From assembly GCA_051362555.1 (NCBI GenBank), contig CM120643.1:26416848-26480847 (forward strand): a stretch of DNA of 64,000 nucleotides. The letters run 5' to 3'. This DNA is from Lingula anatina (Eukaryota; Animalia; Brachiopoda). Made by a program: the position numbers and the translations under genes. A model generated the notes under the pieces. The model ran no database searches, was not told where the DNA came from, and worked only from the letters and a program-made list of their open reading frames with translations. Below are positions 11,201 to 22,016 of this stretch, in pieces (position 1 is the first letter of the stretch; each line of letters opens with the position of its first letter).

Positions 11201-14200
11201 CGGGATTGCCAGCCCATTTGTAGAAGTGGAAATATGTGGAGCGGAATTTGACAATGGAAACAAATACAAAACTAGAACAAAGGGTAAGAAAATAAGTTGT
11301 ATGAAATGAAAGTTCAGTGTACCTACAACTGCAGGTACGCTGAACTTTCATTTCATACAACTTATGTAAAAATACTCTGAATTAAAGGTGTCATTTTAAA
11401 AACCAAAATTTTAAATGATTCATCTGTCAATTGATACTATGATTTTGGCAAATCTTGTTTGTTCAGCACTTTGATCATGTCATACCAAGGCCCATAGAGT
11501 GAAGTATGACTTGTCCTCTAAATAAACTACATTATGTAGACATGTATGTTTGTACTAGTATATATGTAACTAATGAGTGGACAGTGGTTTCAAGTCAATG
11601 TAGAATGACTTGTATGAGTTTTACATAGAATTTTGGTCCAGGCCCAGTGAATCACTTGTCTTGTTGATTATATTAAGAACAACTGGTCATGAAGAAATGC
11701 TATGTTAGATATAACATTGACCATGTATCTTCTCTGTAGTGGACAATGGTTTTAACCCAGTGTGGAATGACCAGTGTGAGTTTGACATCATCAACCCCGA
11801 GGTGGCCATGATAAGGTTTGTGGTCCAGGATGAAGACATGTTTGGGGACCCTAACTTCCTCGGTCAGGCTTCTTTCCCAGTCAAGAGCATCAGACCAGGT
11901 AAGTTTCTGATCAGAAGATTGTCTGGGCTGATATGAATGGATTATATGAATAGCATTATTTTGCAATAGCCAAGTTGCCAAAAAATTGGGGTAAAATTTT
12001 ATTTTTCAATTTTGTGTAAAAAAAATGTTGTAATAAATTGTTCTAGTTTTTAGAAAAATATTTTAAATTTTCTTAAGCACATGTATATTTAAGGATTTTA
12101 TTGGGATTTCAAATACAAGTTTGAGCATAGATCTTGTAATTCTGATTATGAAAGATACTTCCAAAACATGCTTGACCGTCCAAATTGGTAATTCTGATAT
12201 CACAGATATATTATAAAATAACAGTCCTTTTAGTTCACTGCAGGAAAAGGTCCTTTAGTATAGTTATGTAAAGGCCTTTCTATTCTAAGAGGATATCTTT
12301 TGTTATGCCCTTTACTTGATCCATGCCAAAACTTTATAAATAAGTATGTTGTCATTTGTATCAACATTTGAATTATAATATGTGATATAGAATTCGGTTA
12401 CCGGTCAGTCCCACTGACCAATGGCTACAGTGAACCCCTAGAACTGTATTAAGTATAATATTTATATTACGTTACCAGGTTACCGGTCAGTCCCACTGAC
12501 CAATGGCTACAGTGAACCTCTAGAACTGTATTAAGTACAATACATATATTATGTTACCAGGTTACCGGTCAGTCCCACTGACCAATGGCTACAGTGAACC
12601 CCTAGAACTGTATTAAGTATAATATTTATATTATGTTACCAGGTTACCGGTCAGTCCCACTGACCAATGGCTACAGTGAACCCCTAGAACTGTATTAAGT
12701 ATAATGTTTATATTATGTTACCAGGTTACCGGTCAGTCTCACTGACCAATGGCTACAGTGAACCCCTAGAACTGTATTAAGTATAATATTTATATTATGT
12801 TACCAGGTTACCGGTCAGTCCCACTGACCAATGGCTACAGTGAACCCCTAGAACTGTATTAAGTATAATATTTATATTATGTTACCAGGTTACCGGTCAG
12901 TCCCACTGACCAATGGCTACAGTGAACCCCTAGAACTGTATTAAGTATAATATTTATATTATGTTACCAGGTTACCGGTCAGTCTCACTGACCAATGGCT
13001 ACAGTGAACCCCTAGAACTGTATTAAGTATAATATTTATATTATGTTACCAGGTTACCGGTCAGTCCCACTGACCAATGGCTACAGTGAACCCCTAGAAC
13101 TGTATTAAGTATAATGTTTATATTATGTTACCAGGTTACCGGTCAGTCTCACTGACCAATGGCTACAGTGAACCCCTAGAACTGTATTAAGTATAATATT
13201 TATATTATGTTACCAGGTTACCGGTCAGTCCCACTGACCAATGGCTACAGTGAACCTCTAGAGCTGGCTGCCCTTCTGGTCCGGGTGGACATGAGGAACC
13301 CAACTGTATGTATTGATTTTATAATATTCATCATATCTACTTTTAAACATGAGAGTTCTAATGCTATGAAGTCCAGTTCAATTTAAGATAAACACTTGGT
13401 TTAGTAAACACTAATTTCAGTAAATAGTAGTCACAGCTGTAAAAAGAACAAGTCTCTGGAATGTATAATATTAGGTTCAGCTGAACCTAGCAAGTCTTCA
13501 CTGCAGACACAATTAAAATTTTTATGTCATCCAAAAAAACATATTCTTTCTTTTCCTTTCCAGCAAAGTACAGATAGTGACATCTATGCCTGTATTCAAG
13601 ACCTACGAGATCGTTCCCAGGAGCTTCACTACCAGATTGCGGAGTCAGAGCGAGTTGGAAACACAAGAGAAGCAGAGGAAATAAAGAACAAACTGAAACA
13701 AACCGAGGAAGAGCTGATTCAGAGAACAGATGAGAGGCATCGGATCAACAAACAAAGGTTTTAGTTCTTACTATATATTTATTTATTTATTTTAATGTGT
13801 TTATTTTCATTTTAAATGATTCTGGATGAATTATGGCACTAACAGGTAGATGTTGAACAAGGTTGCAGTGGATAAAATACCTGGATAAAGGGAATTACTG
13901 ATTATTTATTTGTTTTGTGTCAAACAAAACTGAACAGCAAAAAATTGTATATTTTAATGTACGAACACTTATTAAAATGTGCGCACTAAATTTGTTGTGC
14001 GGTGGTAAAAGCTACTTCAGAAATGTAAAAATGTAGCCTGAATAGAAAAAGTCCAGTCCCTAAATTATGAAGTTGATGTGGTGTCCCATGTATCTTCTTT
14101 ATACAAAAGATTGTATTTTGAATATTATATTCAATGATTCTGTTATAAATTACACAAAGTACTCATTATTTTGTGCTTGGAACATGAAATGAATGCATGT

Positions 14201-14295
14201 TCAGATCAAGAAGCGTCAATTTTTTTTCAGAGTACCTTTATCCATTTATATTTATTTTTCTTTTCAGAGTGGGACCAAGAAAGTCACTAAAATGA
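1..14295 (+). CDS. PLCG1: Phospholipase C-gamma (partial, 5' end outside window): nSH2-cSH2-SH3-split PH C-half-catalytic Y-C2-tail, spliced
   Basis: Hand-spliced GT-AG exons with consistent phases: <1-140 (or 223-392), 1431-1631, 2329-2451 (or 3189-3326 or 3435-3569), 4709-4886, 5595-5663 (or 6529-6600), 6978-7081, 7446-7588, 8024-8172, 8358-8454, 9564-9779, 10164-10209, 10663-10765, 11166-11283, 11740-11898, 13217-13305, 13564-13757, 14268-14295 (TGA). Peptides match PLC-gamma: [129 protein letters not shown]. Confidence 0.97.
223..392 (+). CDS. PLCG1: PLC-gamma nSH2 N-half exon, variant B (duplicated, probably mutually exclusive)
   Basis: (VR)[55 protein letters not shown]; open frame; acceptor AG at 221-222 (alternative AG at 226-227); donor TG|GTATGT at the same codon position as variant A. 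Confidence 0.88.
1431..1631 (+). CDS. PLCG1: PLC-gamma nSH2 C-half exon (constitutive)
   Basis: TTCCTCAG|[68 protein letters not shown]|GTAAGT. Confidence 0.95.
2329..2451 (+). CDS. PLCG1: PLC-gamma cSH2 N-half exon, variant A
   Basis: TTTTAG|[42 protein letters not shown]|GTGAAG; 123 nt, phase 2-2. Confidence 0.92.
3189..3326 (+). CDS. PLCG1: PLC-gamma cSH2 N-half exon, variant B
   Basis: TTCTCAG|[47 protein letters not shown]|GTAAGT; 138 nt, phase 2-2; upstream TACTAAC branch-point-like motif. Confidence 0.92.
3435..3569 (+). CDS. PLCG1: PLC-gamma cSH2 N-half exon, variant C
   Basis: TTTGTAG|[46 protein letters not shown]|GTAAAC; 135 nt, phase 2-2. Confidence 0.92.
4709..4886 (+). CDS. 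PLCG1: PLC-gamma cSH2 C-half exon (constitutive)
   Basis: GCACAG|[60 protein letters not shown]|GTAGGA. Confidence 0.95.
5595..5663 (+). CDS. PLCG1: PLC-gamma cSH2-SH3 linker (activating tyrosines) exon, variant A
   Basis: TTGACAG|[23 protein letters not shown]|GTAATA; 69 nt, phase 0-0; aligns with human EPDYGALYEGRNPGFYVEANP. Confidence 0.88.
6529..6600 (+). CDS. PLCG1: PLC-gamma cSH2-SH3 linker (activating tyrosines) exon, variant B
   Basis: Long polypyrimidine tract, CCTTAG|[24 protein letters not shown]|GTGAGT; 72 nt, phase 0-0; homologous to variant A. Confidence 0.88.
8206..8249. repeat. (CT)n microsatellite
   Basis: Direct reading. Confidence 0.95.
8779..9584 (+). repeat. Minisatellite of ~52-61 nt units made of a 3' splice site plus exon start (14 copies)
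   Basis: Unit GATATACATTACCCATCATGTT(CT)nCCCACAG|ATATCCCAGGGAACTACTAT; the last copy continues into the Y-domain exon at 9564. Confidence 0.95.
11292..11365. other. Near-perfect 33-bp intronic inverted repeat (hairpin)
   Basis: ATAAGTTGTATGAAATGAAAGTTCAGTGTACCT-8 nt-AGGTACGCTGAACTTTCATTTCATACAACTTAT; the single mismatch is a U-G wobble on the + transcript. Confidence 0.9.
12397..13265 (+). repeat. 82-bp tandem repeat made of a 3' splice site plus 49 nt of exon (11 copies)
   Basis: Exon-start copies at 12397, 12479, 12561, 12643, 12725, 12807, 12889, 12971, 13053, 13135 and 13217 (exact 82-nt period); the last copy continues as the real C2 exon. Confidence 0.97.
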
Positions 14296-17200
14296 AGAGC
14301 AGGATCAAGATATAACTTGAAGTGACACCCCCCCCTTACCCCCTAATGTCCCACGCCCTCTGTGGCCCCCCCTCCCTTCAGAGACCCCCCCCCCCCAGTG
14401 ACCCCCACCCTCCTGTAACTGTGATGACTTTGTGATCCTCATGTATGTATATTTATGTTCCAAGCTTGGAGGGACTGATGTCACTTATGGGTACTGACTC
14501 ATGAAAAGTGAGAGACATTTTAAGGCATGCTGTCATTGAAAATAGAATCACTCCTATATAATTAAAGTAAATGCTTTAAAAGTTTTTTTTCTTCAATATA
14601 GAACCTCACATTAAAACATAGACAGATGAAGTTACTTTAACATTAGAATAAGACATAGTATAGACAGAATTTACTGCTTATTTGGAACTGTTTGTCTTTT
14701 CTTTTAATTGTTCTATGGAGATAACTCATAGTTATTTAGTGTTTGCAGTTAAACTAGTAACCTACTGGGCTTACCTCTACAGGTATACACAATTCGTGGC
14801 ATAATTTGTGACATGTATTTTACACGAACATGCACAATACTTTGTAAGAAGAATGTCCAAAAAATACAAAGAGCTTTGTCAATATTTCATCTTTCGTCCT
14901 GTGGGGCCAAAACTGGCGTTCAAAGGATAAACATATTATTTTTCTTAGTCTATATGTAGACTTGTAAAGGTTTAATCTCAATGCTACCTGACAGTGATTT
15001 TCAGGTAGCCACTTCAGTTCAGTGCCACAAATCCTAGTTAAGTAATATTTTGCTGGGAGAAAAAGGATTTCAGATGTGACTGCTTTGTTTGACTGCTGTA
15101 TTGTATAAACTTTTACTCCAAGGAATCCATTATTTGGATTGCCTGGTTACTTTGGCTGATTATACGATAATTTTCTTGTATGAAAAACATGATTGATGAT
15201 GGGATTGTCTTGTTATCATATTTGGAGTGCTGCCATCTTTATTTAAATGAAAAATTCTTTGGTGGCTGTCTTGATGACTTGTGTCAAGTGCTGCCCCCTA
15301 TAGGCTTGGATAAGTTCAAATGACTGAATAATTCTGATATTTTCTTAACGATGTTCCCTAGATAAATTACTTCAGTATTATTATTATATTTATACCATTT
15401 CTTCATTGGTCAGTTTGAAATAACTGATGGACGAGAAGTCGAGATAATCAAAGCAGGTAATTTTCATGTAATTCTGGTAAACGCAGATTGATGTGCGTAC
15501 AGTAATTGATTTATATATTAAACTTTTTCGATGTATATTTTGAAGAAAATTCGATCTGTTGGCCCATGCTGTTTTGAGGGATAGCAAGTTCAATATTGAT
15601 TTATTTTTATTAAAGCCAAATATATGCTGTAAAAATACAGAAGTCTATATATTATACATTATATCTAAGACAGACACTGGTACTTATAATATTTAATTAT
15701 ATTTAAAATCGTTCATTTGATTGTGATCCCTTTTCACCAGATCGTGACTCTAGAAGTAGATTCCAGATTAGTGTTCTTGTAGCTGAAATATAGTTATTGA
15801 GCTTAACTGTAAACAGTCAACCTCTCGTATAATGGCCTCGCGTAGACTAAGCACCCATCTTATAGGGCACTGAGTCTGATGTCCCCTTCCTGCCTTATGA
15901 CAAAGAACAACATATATGTATAACCAGGGTTACAGATTGGTTTTTTTCCCCAAGATATTCACAGATATTTCTGGCTAATTCATGACACAATTCTCTGCTG
16001 TAAAAAAAAGCACGCAATTCATTTGCGGCCCTGGTAGTGGGTACTTATAACGGAGTTTGCCTTTGGCAGACAAAAATGGCTGTCCCAGTTGGTGCGTTAT
16101 ATGAGAGGTCCACTGTGAAGTACATACATCCTTTAAAAAGGTTAACAATGTCTTTGGGCCATTCTGGTTAATTTCCCTGAATGCCAGCACAATTTTCTGA
16201 ACGGGTAAAGTATTGGGTCACGCATTATAACGTTAAGAGATCAAAGTGTAAAATTCGCTGTGGTCAAAGTTAATTTAATCAGAGAAGATATGGTTAGCAA
16301 TATCTTGGTATACGGTTATTGTATACAATCACAGGTAACACGATTAATAAGACAATCGATTTTTTAAAGCGTCTAACCATTTCTGTTTGGAATAATTAAT
16401 TAATAGCTGTGTTTAACACATTTAATCTGATGCCAATAATAAAGTATTAGTCTGAAATTAAAGGAATCTTTTTTTCTATTCACTTTTAAATTTTAACCAT
16501 GTACGTAAAACCCTGCTGGAGGATGTTTATTTGTGTTCAGGTAGCATTTTATTTATTTATTATAATTTACCTATTTTTATTTTATTATTATCATTGTTTT
16601 GCAATGTCTGCCATCTCAACCTGGCCTATTTGTACACTGTTAGTAAACAAAATCAGTAACAAAAACGGAGCCACCTGTTAAAGCCCAAAACATGACAGTA
16701 CGAGAGCTATTTGATTTCAGTTTTTATCTGAGCTCCATTTTAAAGGAATAGCAACTGTTCATTTTGGCCAAAAAATGAATTTTCCTGGGGTAAACAACAA
16801 TTTTCCCATTCTCACCAATGGTTAATGAATACATTCCTACATTCAAATTTAGCCCCCCCCCCCCCCCCCTTTTTATGTACAGACACAGATGTGTCTGTAC
16901 ATATAGCCATCATCTGCGTCTGTCGTCGCCGTCGCCGTCGCTGTTGGCGTGCACTTTAACCGTAAACACGATAAGTGAAAAGCCATTTTACCTTTTGGCT
17001 TGAAACTTACAGAACTGATGAATATTCATAATACGCCGGTCACGTTCGAAAATCAGCATGATCGGGCCATTTTTAGGGAAGTTATGCTTTTTTATGTACA
17101 GACACAGATGTGTCTGTACATATAGCCATCATCTGCGTCTGTCGTCGCCGTCGCCGTTGGCGTGCACTTTAACCGTAAACACGATAAGTGAAAACCCATT

Positions 17201-17489
17201 TTACCTTTTGGCTTGAAACTTACAGAACTGATGAATATTCATAATACGCCGGTCAAGTTCGAAAATCGGCATGATCGGGCCATTTTTAGGGAAGTTATGC
17301 TTTTTTTTCACTTTTTTCAGCATATATGCAACACCGTAAACACGATAAGTGAAAAACTGTATTACATTTTGGCTTGAAACTTACAGTACTGATGAATATT
17401 CATAATACGCCAGTTAAGTTCGAAAATCAGCATGATCGGGTCATTTTTAGGAAAGTTATGCTTTTTTTTCACTTTTTTCAGCATATATG

Positions 17490-17765
17490 TGTAGAACTTA
17501 CATAATGGCTATGTGATAACATCTCAAACAATTATGGTAGAGTGTTGCATTGCAGTGGTTATGCAGTGGTAAACTAGCCAATCATATTTATTGGACTTGT
17601 AGCATTGGGTCATTTGCATAACTGGTACTATAATAAAGAGCTGCACAGGTAGTGCAGTAGTTAGTTATTGTTCACTTGTGTTAGAGTTACTTACTTCAGG
17701 TGTCCAGGTAGACTTCAGCAGATATTATTAGTTTGTAAAAATACCAAAATATTCAGTGTGCTACA
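17490..17765 (+). repeat. 5' LTR
   Basis: TGTAGAACTT...GTGTGCTACA; direct repeat of 21741-22016; contains AATAAA. Confidence 0.96.
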
Positions 17766-17766
17766 T

Positions 17767-17783
17767 TGGTGACCCCGACGTGA
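17767..17783 (+). promoter_or_regulatory. Primer-binding site complementary to the tRNA-Trp 3' end
   Basis: TGGTGACCCCGACGTGA is the reverse complement of UCACGUCGGGGUCACCA, the 3' end of animal tRNA-Trp; it lies 1 nt after the LTR. Confidence 0.9.
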
Positions 17784-17786
17784 GCA

Positions 17787-18593
17787 ATGGATTCAGATGG
17801 AATTAAACAGCTGGCAGATGCTATCAGACAACAAACCCTGGACATATATCAAGGTTCTACAGTGCAAACAATATCAGCTGTTTCATTTAAAGCACCACCA
17901 TTTTGGAACACAAACGCATCTGCTTGGTTTTTACGTCTGGAATCATCCTTTGCAACACACCAGCCAGCCATTACAAATGACTTGACTAAATTTCATCATG
18001 TAGTGCAACTCCTGGACTCATCAACCTCCAGACGTGTTCAGTCAGTAATTGAGAGACCACCTCAGACAGGAAAGTATGAAGCACTAAAGCATGCACTGTT
18101 AGAAGCCTATGAAGCCACACAATACCAAAAGGATACAGCATTACTTAATATAAATGGTCTAGGAGACAAACGACCTACGGAACTATTGATGCATATGCGC
18201 TCTTTAAATGCAGATCCAAGCACACTTTTTCGCACATTATTCATCAATCAGATGCCAACAGAAGTGAGACGGATTCTTGCACAATCACTAGAAGTTGATC
18301 TTGACACCTTAGCTAAAATGGCTGATCGGATTTTAGAAGTAGACCCTCTTACCCCTTCTTCAATTTCTATGACTACCACAGTGCCTGAAGAAAATCTTAC
18401 AACAATAACTGATACAGAAATAAACGCCATGAAATCTCAGAACCAACGCACTGGCACTATCAAGTTCAAATTATGTAAATATCATCCATGGTTCGGACAT
18501 AAAGCCAGGAAATGTGAACAAATCATCGATGGCTGTCCTTGTCCAATGTCTACACGAAGACAACAGGGAAACGACAAAGCCAGCAGAAATTAG
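17787..18593 (+). CDS. gag: Retrotransposon Gag
   Basis: 268-aa ORF with KAPPFW..WFLRLESSF and a C-terminal CxxH...C...C motif (CKYHPWFGHKARKC..CPC). Confidence 0.93.
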   Translation: MDSDGIKQLADAIRQQTLDIYQGSTVQTISAVSFKAPPFWNTNASAWFLRLESSFATHQPAITNDLTKFHHVVQLLDSSTSRRVQSVIERPPQTGKYEALKHALLEAYEATQYQKDTALLNINGLGDKRPTELLMHMRSLNADPSTLFRTLFINQMPTEVRRILAQSLEVDLDTLAKMADRILEVDPLTPSSISMTTTVPEENLTTITDTEINAMKSQNQRTGTIKFKLCKYHPWFGHKARKCEQIIDGCPCPMSTRRQQGNDKASRN

Positions 18594-21500
18594 TGAGCAC
18601 TGCTGGTCTATCTGATGCTCCACAAATTTCTACGATCAATATGGGGACAATCACCGTTTCTGATATTGTCACTGGGCGTACTTTCCTTGTAGATACAGGA
18701 GCAGAAGAATCCGTTTTTCCTGCTAACCGATTTGACCGACAACGAACCAGTGGCCCAAGTCTTATTGCAGCAAATGAAACAAAAATACCTACTTACGGAA
18801 AAAGGAAGATGATTTTAAAACTAGGGAAAGGAACAAAATTCACTCAAGAATTCTGGATAGCTGACGTCACACAACCCATTCTAGGTGCTGACTTTTTCAC
18901 TACTCATCGTTTGGCCATTGACCTTTCCAACAGAAAGTTAATCTCATTGGATGGAAAAACGGTCATTCATGCTCACCTCACTAGATCTCAGCAACAAGGG
19001 ATTCACAAAGTTCACACAAGATACGAAGCAGTATTAGAAAACTACCCGGAGCTCTTAGTGTCATCCTTTAAGGAAAATAAACACGGAGTAGAACATCACA
19101 TCCCAACCGTTGGATCTCCAGTTAAAGCCAGAGTACGTCGTCTTGACCAAGAAAAGCTCACTGCAGCAAAAATGGAATTCAAGGAAATGGAGAATCTGGG
19201 GATAGTGCGTCGTTCCTCTTCACCATGGTCATCTCCTCTACATATAGTGAAGAAAAACAATGGTGGCTGGAGACCTTGTGGAGATTATCGTCGACTTAAT
19301 GACATTACCATAGACGATCGTTATCCTCTACCTCATATACAAGATCTCAATTCATCACTCAATGGAAAGACAATATTCTCTAAGATCGATTTGATTCGGG
19401 GATATCACCAGATACCAGTTGCCAAACATGATATTCCTAAGACTGCAGTCATCACACCTTTTGGACTTTATGAGTTCCTTAAAATGCCTTTTGGGCTTAA
19501 AAACGCAGCACAGGCGTTCCAAAGATTAATGGATGGCATTCTACAGGAACTTGACTGTTGTTTTGTGTATCTTGATGACATTTTAATAGCAAGTTCCACA
19601 CCTGAACAACATGAGGAGGATCTTAAAGCAGTTTTCAACCTGTTAAGGACAAATGGACTTGTTATTAACAAGAAAAAGTGTGTATTTGGACAATCTGACG
19701 TTGAATTTCTAGGTCATTCAGTGTCTGCAGCTGGAGTTCAACCACTTGCAGAAAAAGTGAAAGCAGTAGCAGATTTTCCACCACCCAAGGATAAAAAAGG
19801 CCTTCAAGGATTTCTGGGAATGCTGAATTTCTACCATCGTTTTCTTCCTGGAATCGCACATCGAATAATACCTCTTACTGAAGCTACCAAGGGCAGAGCC
19901 AAGACTTTGCAGTGGACCCCTGAATGCCAATTAGCATTTCAGGATGCTAAAATGGCTCTTGCTTCTGCAACTATGCTTCATCACCCTGAACCAAAGGCAG
20001 CAACCAAGATATCAGTGGACGCTTCTGACGCCGCAATAGGAGCAGAACTTTCTCAGTTTCAATCAGGGATGTGGAAACCTATTGCTTTCTTTTCTAGAAA
20101 ACTCACACCTACCCAGAAACGATACTCCACTTTTGACCGTGAGCTTTTGGCAATTTACAGTACCATCCGCCATTTCAGATATTTTTTGGAGGGAAGACCA
20201 TTCACCATTTTCACTGATCATAAACCTCTCACTTTTGCGTTCAAGAGTACATCTGACAGATCACCACGTCAAGAGAGACAATTATCATTTATTGCTGAAT
20301 TTACAACTGATATACGACATATCAGTGGAACTGATAACATTGTCCCAGACACTCTGTCCAGAGCCCCAGTGGAAACTGATGAGCCACTTATTGCCTCCAC
20401 AGCTACAATGCCGACAATTGACCTTACACAGTTAGCAGCATCACAAAAGACTGACACAAAGATGGTTGAACTGTGCGCCAATCCAGGATCTTTGAAGTTA
20501 AAGGAAGTCATCTTTGGTGAGGTTAAACTTCTCTGTGATACAACTACCAGTCGACCTCGGCCAGTAGTTCCACCTTCAATGACGAGGATCATTTTTGAGG
20601 CAATACACAATCTTTGTCATCCTGGAACAAAACCAACAATCCGTGCCATTTCAAGTCGTTATGTCTGGCCTGCACTCAAAAAAGACATTCGTAATTGGGT
20701 AAAATCTTGTCATGCCTGTCAAACAAGTAAAATTGGACGTCACACTAGAGCACCGTTAACCACCTTTGATCCACCAGATAGACGATTTGGTGATATTCAT
20801 GTTGATTTGGTTGGACCTCTTCCTCCAGAAAATAACAAATATCTTCTGACAATTGTTGACAGGTTTACAAGGTGGCCAGAAGCTGTACCTTTACCGAATG
20901 CAGAAGCAGTTACTTGTGCCAAAGCTCTTTTATGCTCATGGATATCAAGGTTTGGTGTTCCAGACTCCATCACATCAGATCAAGGTAGACAATTTACAAG
21001 TGAACTTTGGCGTGAGCTTAACAAGGTGCTTGGCATTCAACCTAACACAACAACAGCCTATCATCCACAATCCAATGGCATGGTTGAAAGATTTCATCGC
21101 AGATTGAAAGAAGCCCTCAAAACACGTTTAGACAATGCAAGATGGATGGACCAGTTACCAATTGTATTACTTGGTATCCGGTCAACATGGAAAGAGGACA
21201 TTGATGCATCACCAGCACTTCTTACCTATGGTACAAATTTAAGAGTACCTGGTGACTTTATTCCGAACACAACTGATGACAAATTTTTTCCTAACAATGA
21301 ATTTGTGCAAGAACTTCAACAAACAATGCAGAAATTGGCTCCTGCTCCTCCATCTAGACATGGGCAGATTGGTACATATGTACCGTTTGACTTGCAACAA
21401 GCTGAACATGTATATGTAAGACATGATGCTCATCGAGGTACATTGATTAGACCATATGATGGTCCTTACCTTGTCATTTCACGTTCCGACAAATATTTTG

Positions 21501-21682
21501 ATATTTTAAGGAATGGACAAACAATTCGTGTCTCAGTTGACAGACTTAAACCAGCTTATAACAATCCGGTTTCAGTGCACAATCAGACAGTGAATCCACA
21601 AACAAAACCAGAGACATGTCTTTCACCTTCTTTAATTAAAACACGTTCCGGTAGAATAGTTAAAAAGCCGGAAAGATTTTAA
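18566..21682 (+). CDS. pol: Retrotransposon Pol (protease, RT, RNase H, integrase), probably made by -1 frameshift
   Basis: LVDTGA protease, MPFGLKNA and YLDD RT, VDAS..DRELLA..TDHKPL RNase H, HNLCH..CHAC zinc finger, HVDLVGP/SDQG/GMVERF integrase, GPY motif; overlaps gag in the -1 frame. Confidence 0.96.
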   Translation, partial: GKRQSQQKLVSTAGLSDAPQISTINMGTITVSDIVTGRTFLVDTGAEESVFPANRFDRQRTSGPSLIAANETKIPTYGKRKMILKLGKGTKFTQEFWIADVTQPILGADFFTTHRLAIDLSNRKLISLDGKTVIHAHLTRSQQQGIHKVHTRYEAVLENYPELLVSSFKENKHGVEHHIPTVGSPVKARVRRLDQEKLTAAKMEFKEMENLGIVRRSSSPWSSPLHIVKKNNGGWRPCGDYRRLNDITIDDRYPLPHIQDLNSSLNGKTIFSKIDLIRGYHQIPVAKHDIPKTAVITPFGLYEFLKMPFGLKNAAQAFQRLMDGILQELDCCFVYLDDILIASSTPEQHEEDLKAVFNLLRTNGLVINKKKCVFGQSDVEFLGHSVSAAGVQPLAEKVKAVADFPPPKDKKGLQGFLGMLNFYHRFLPGIAHRIIPLTEATKGRAKTLQWTPECQLAFQDAKMALASATMLHHPEPKAATKISVDASDAAIGAELSQFQSGMWKPIAFFSRKLTPTQKRYSTFDRELLAIYSTIRHFRYFLEGRPFTIFTDHKPLTFAFKSTSDRSPRQERQLSFIAEFTTDIRHISGTDNIVPDTLSRAPVETDEPLIASTATMPTIDLTQLAASQKTDTKMVELCANPGSLKLKEVIFGEVKLLCDTTTSRPRPVVPPSMTRIIFEAIHNLCHPGTKPTIRAISSRYVWPALKKDIRNWVKSCHACQTSKIGRHTRAPLTTFDPPDRRFGDIHVDLVGPLPPENNKYLLTIVDRFTRWPEAVPLPNAEAVTCAKALLCSWISRFGVPDSITSDQGRQFTSELWRELNKVLGIQPNTTTAYHPQSNGMVERFHRRLKEALKTRLDNARWMDQLPIVLLGIRSTWKEDIDASPALLTYGTNLRVPGDFIPNTTDDKFFPNNEFVQELQQTMQKLAPAPPSRHGQIGTYVPFDLQQAEHVYVRHDAHRGTLIRPYDGPYLVISRSDKYFDILRNGQTIRVSVDRLKPAYNNPVSVHNQTVNPQTKPETCLSPSLIKTRSGRIVKKPERF

Positions 21683-21729
21683 ACAATTGATTTTATTAAT
21701 TTAATTTTAGTAAATGTTTTCAATGTTCT

Positions 21730-22016
21730 GGGGGGAGGTATGTAGAACTTACATAATGGCTATGTGATAACATCTCAAACAATTATGGTAGAGTGTTGCA
21801 TTGCAGTGGTTATGCAGTGGTAAACTAGCCAATCATATTTATTGGACTTGTAGCATTGGGTCATTTGCATAACTGGTACTATAATAAAGAGCTGCACAGG
21901 TAGTGCAGTAGTTAGTTATTGTTCACTTGTGTTAGAGTTACTTACTTCAGGTGTCCAGGTAGACTTCAGCAGATATTATTAGTTTGTAAAAATACCAAAA
22001 TATTCAGTGTGCTACA
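21730..22016 (+). repeat. Polypurine tract and 3' LTR (21741-22016)
   Basis: GGGGGGAGG then TA then TGTAGAACTT...CTACA. Confidence 0.95.

Larger units (their letters stand above)
17490..22016 (+). mobile_element. Full-length Ty3/Gypsy LTR retrotransposon, CsRn1/Boudicca/Kabuki-like
   Basis: Two 276-bp LTRs (TGTAG...CTACA), 4-bp TSD TATG (17486-17489 and 22017-22020), tRNA-Trp PBS, polypurine tract, intact gag and PR-RT-RH-IN pol. Confidence 0.97.

Noticed and set aside
12397-13265. CRISPR-like regular array
   Set aside because: The 'spacers' are identical between units, the unit is a PLC-gamma intron-exon junction, there are no cas genes, and the DNA is eukaryotic.
17767-17783. tRNA gene
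   Set aside because: Only the 17-nt complement of a tRNA-Trp 3' end, i.e. the retrotransposon primer-binding site.
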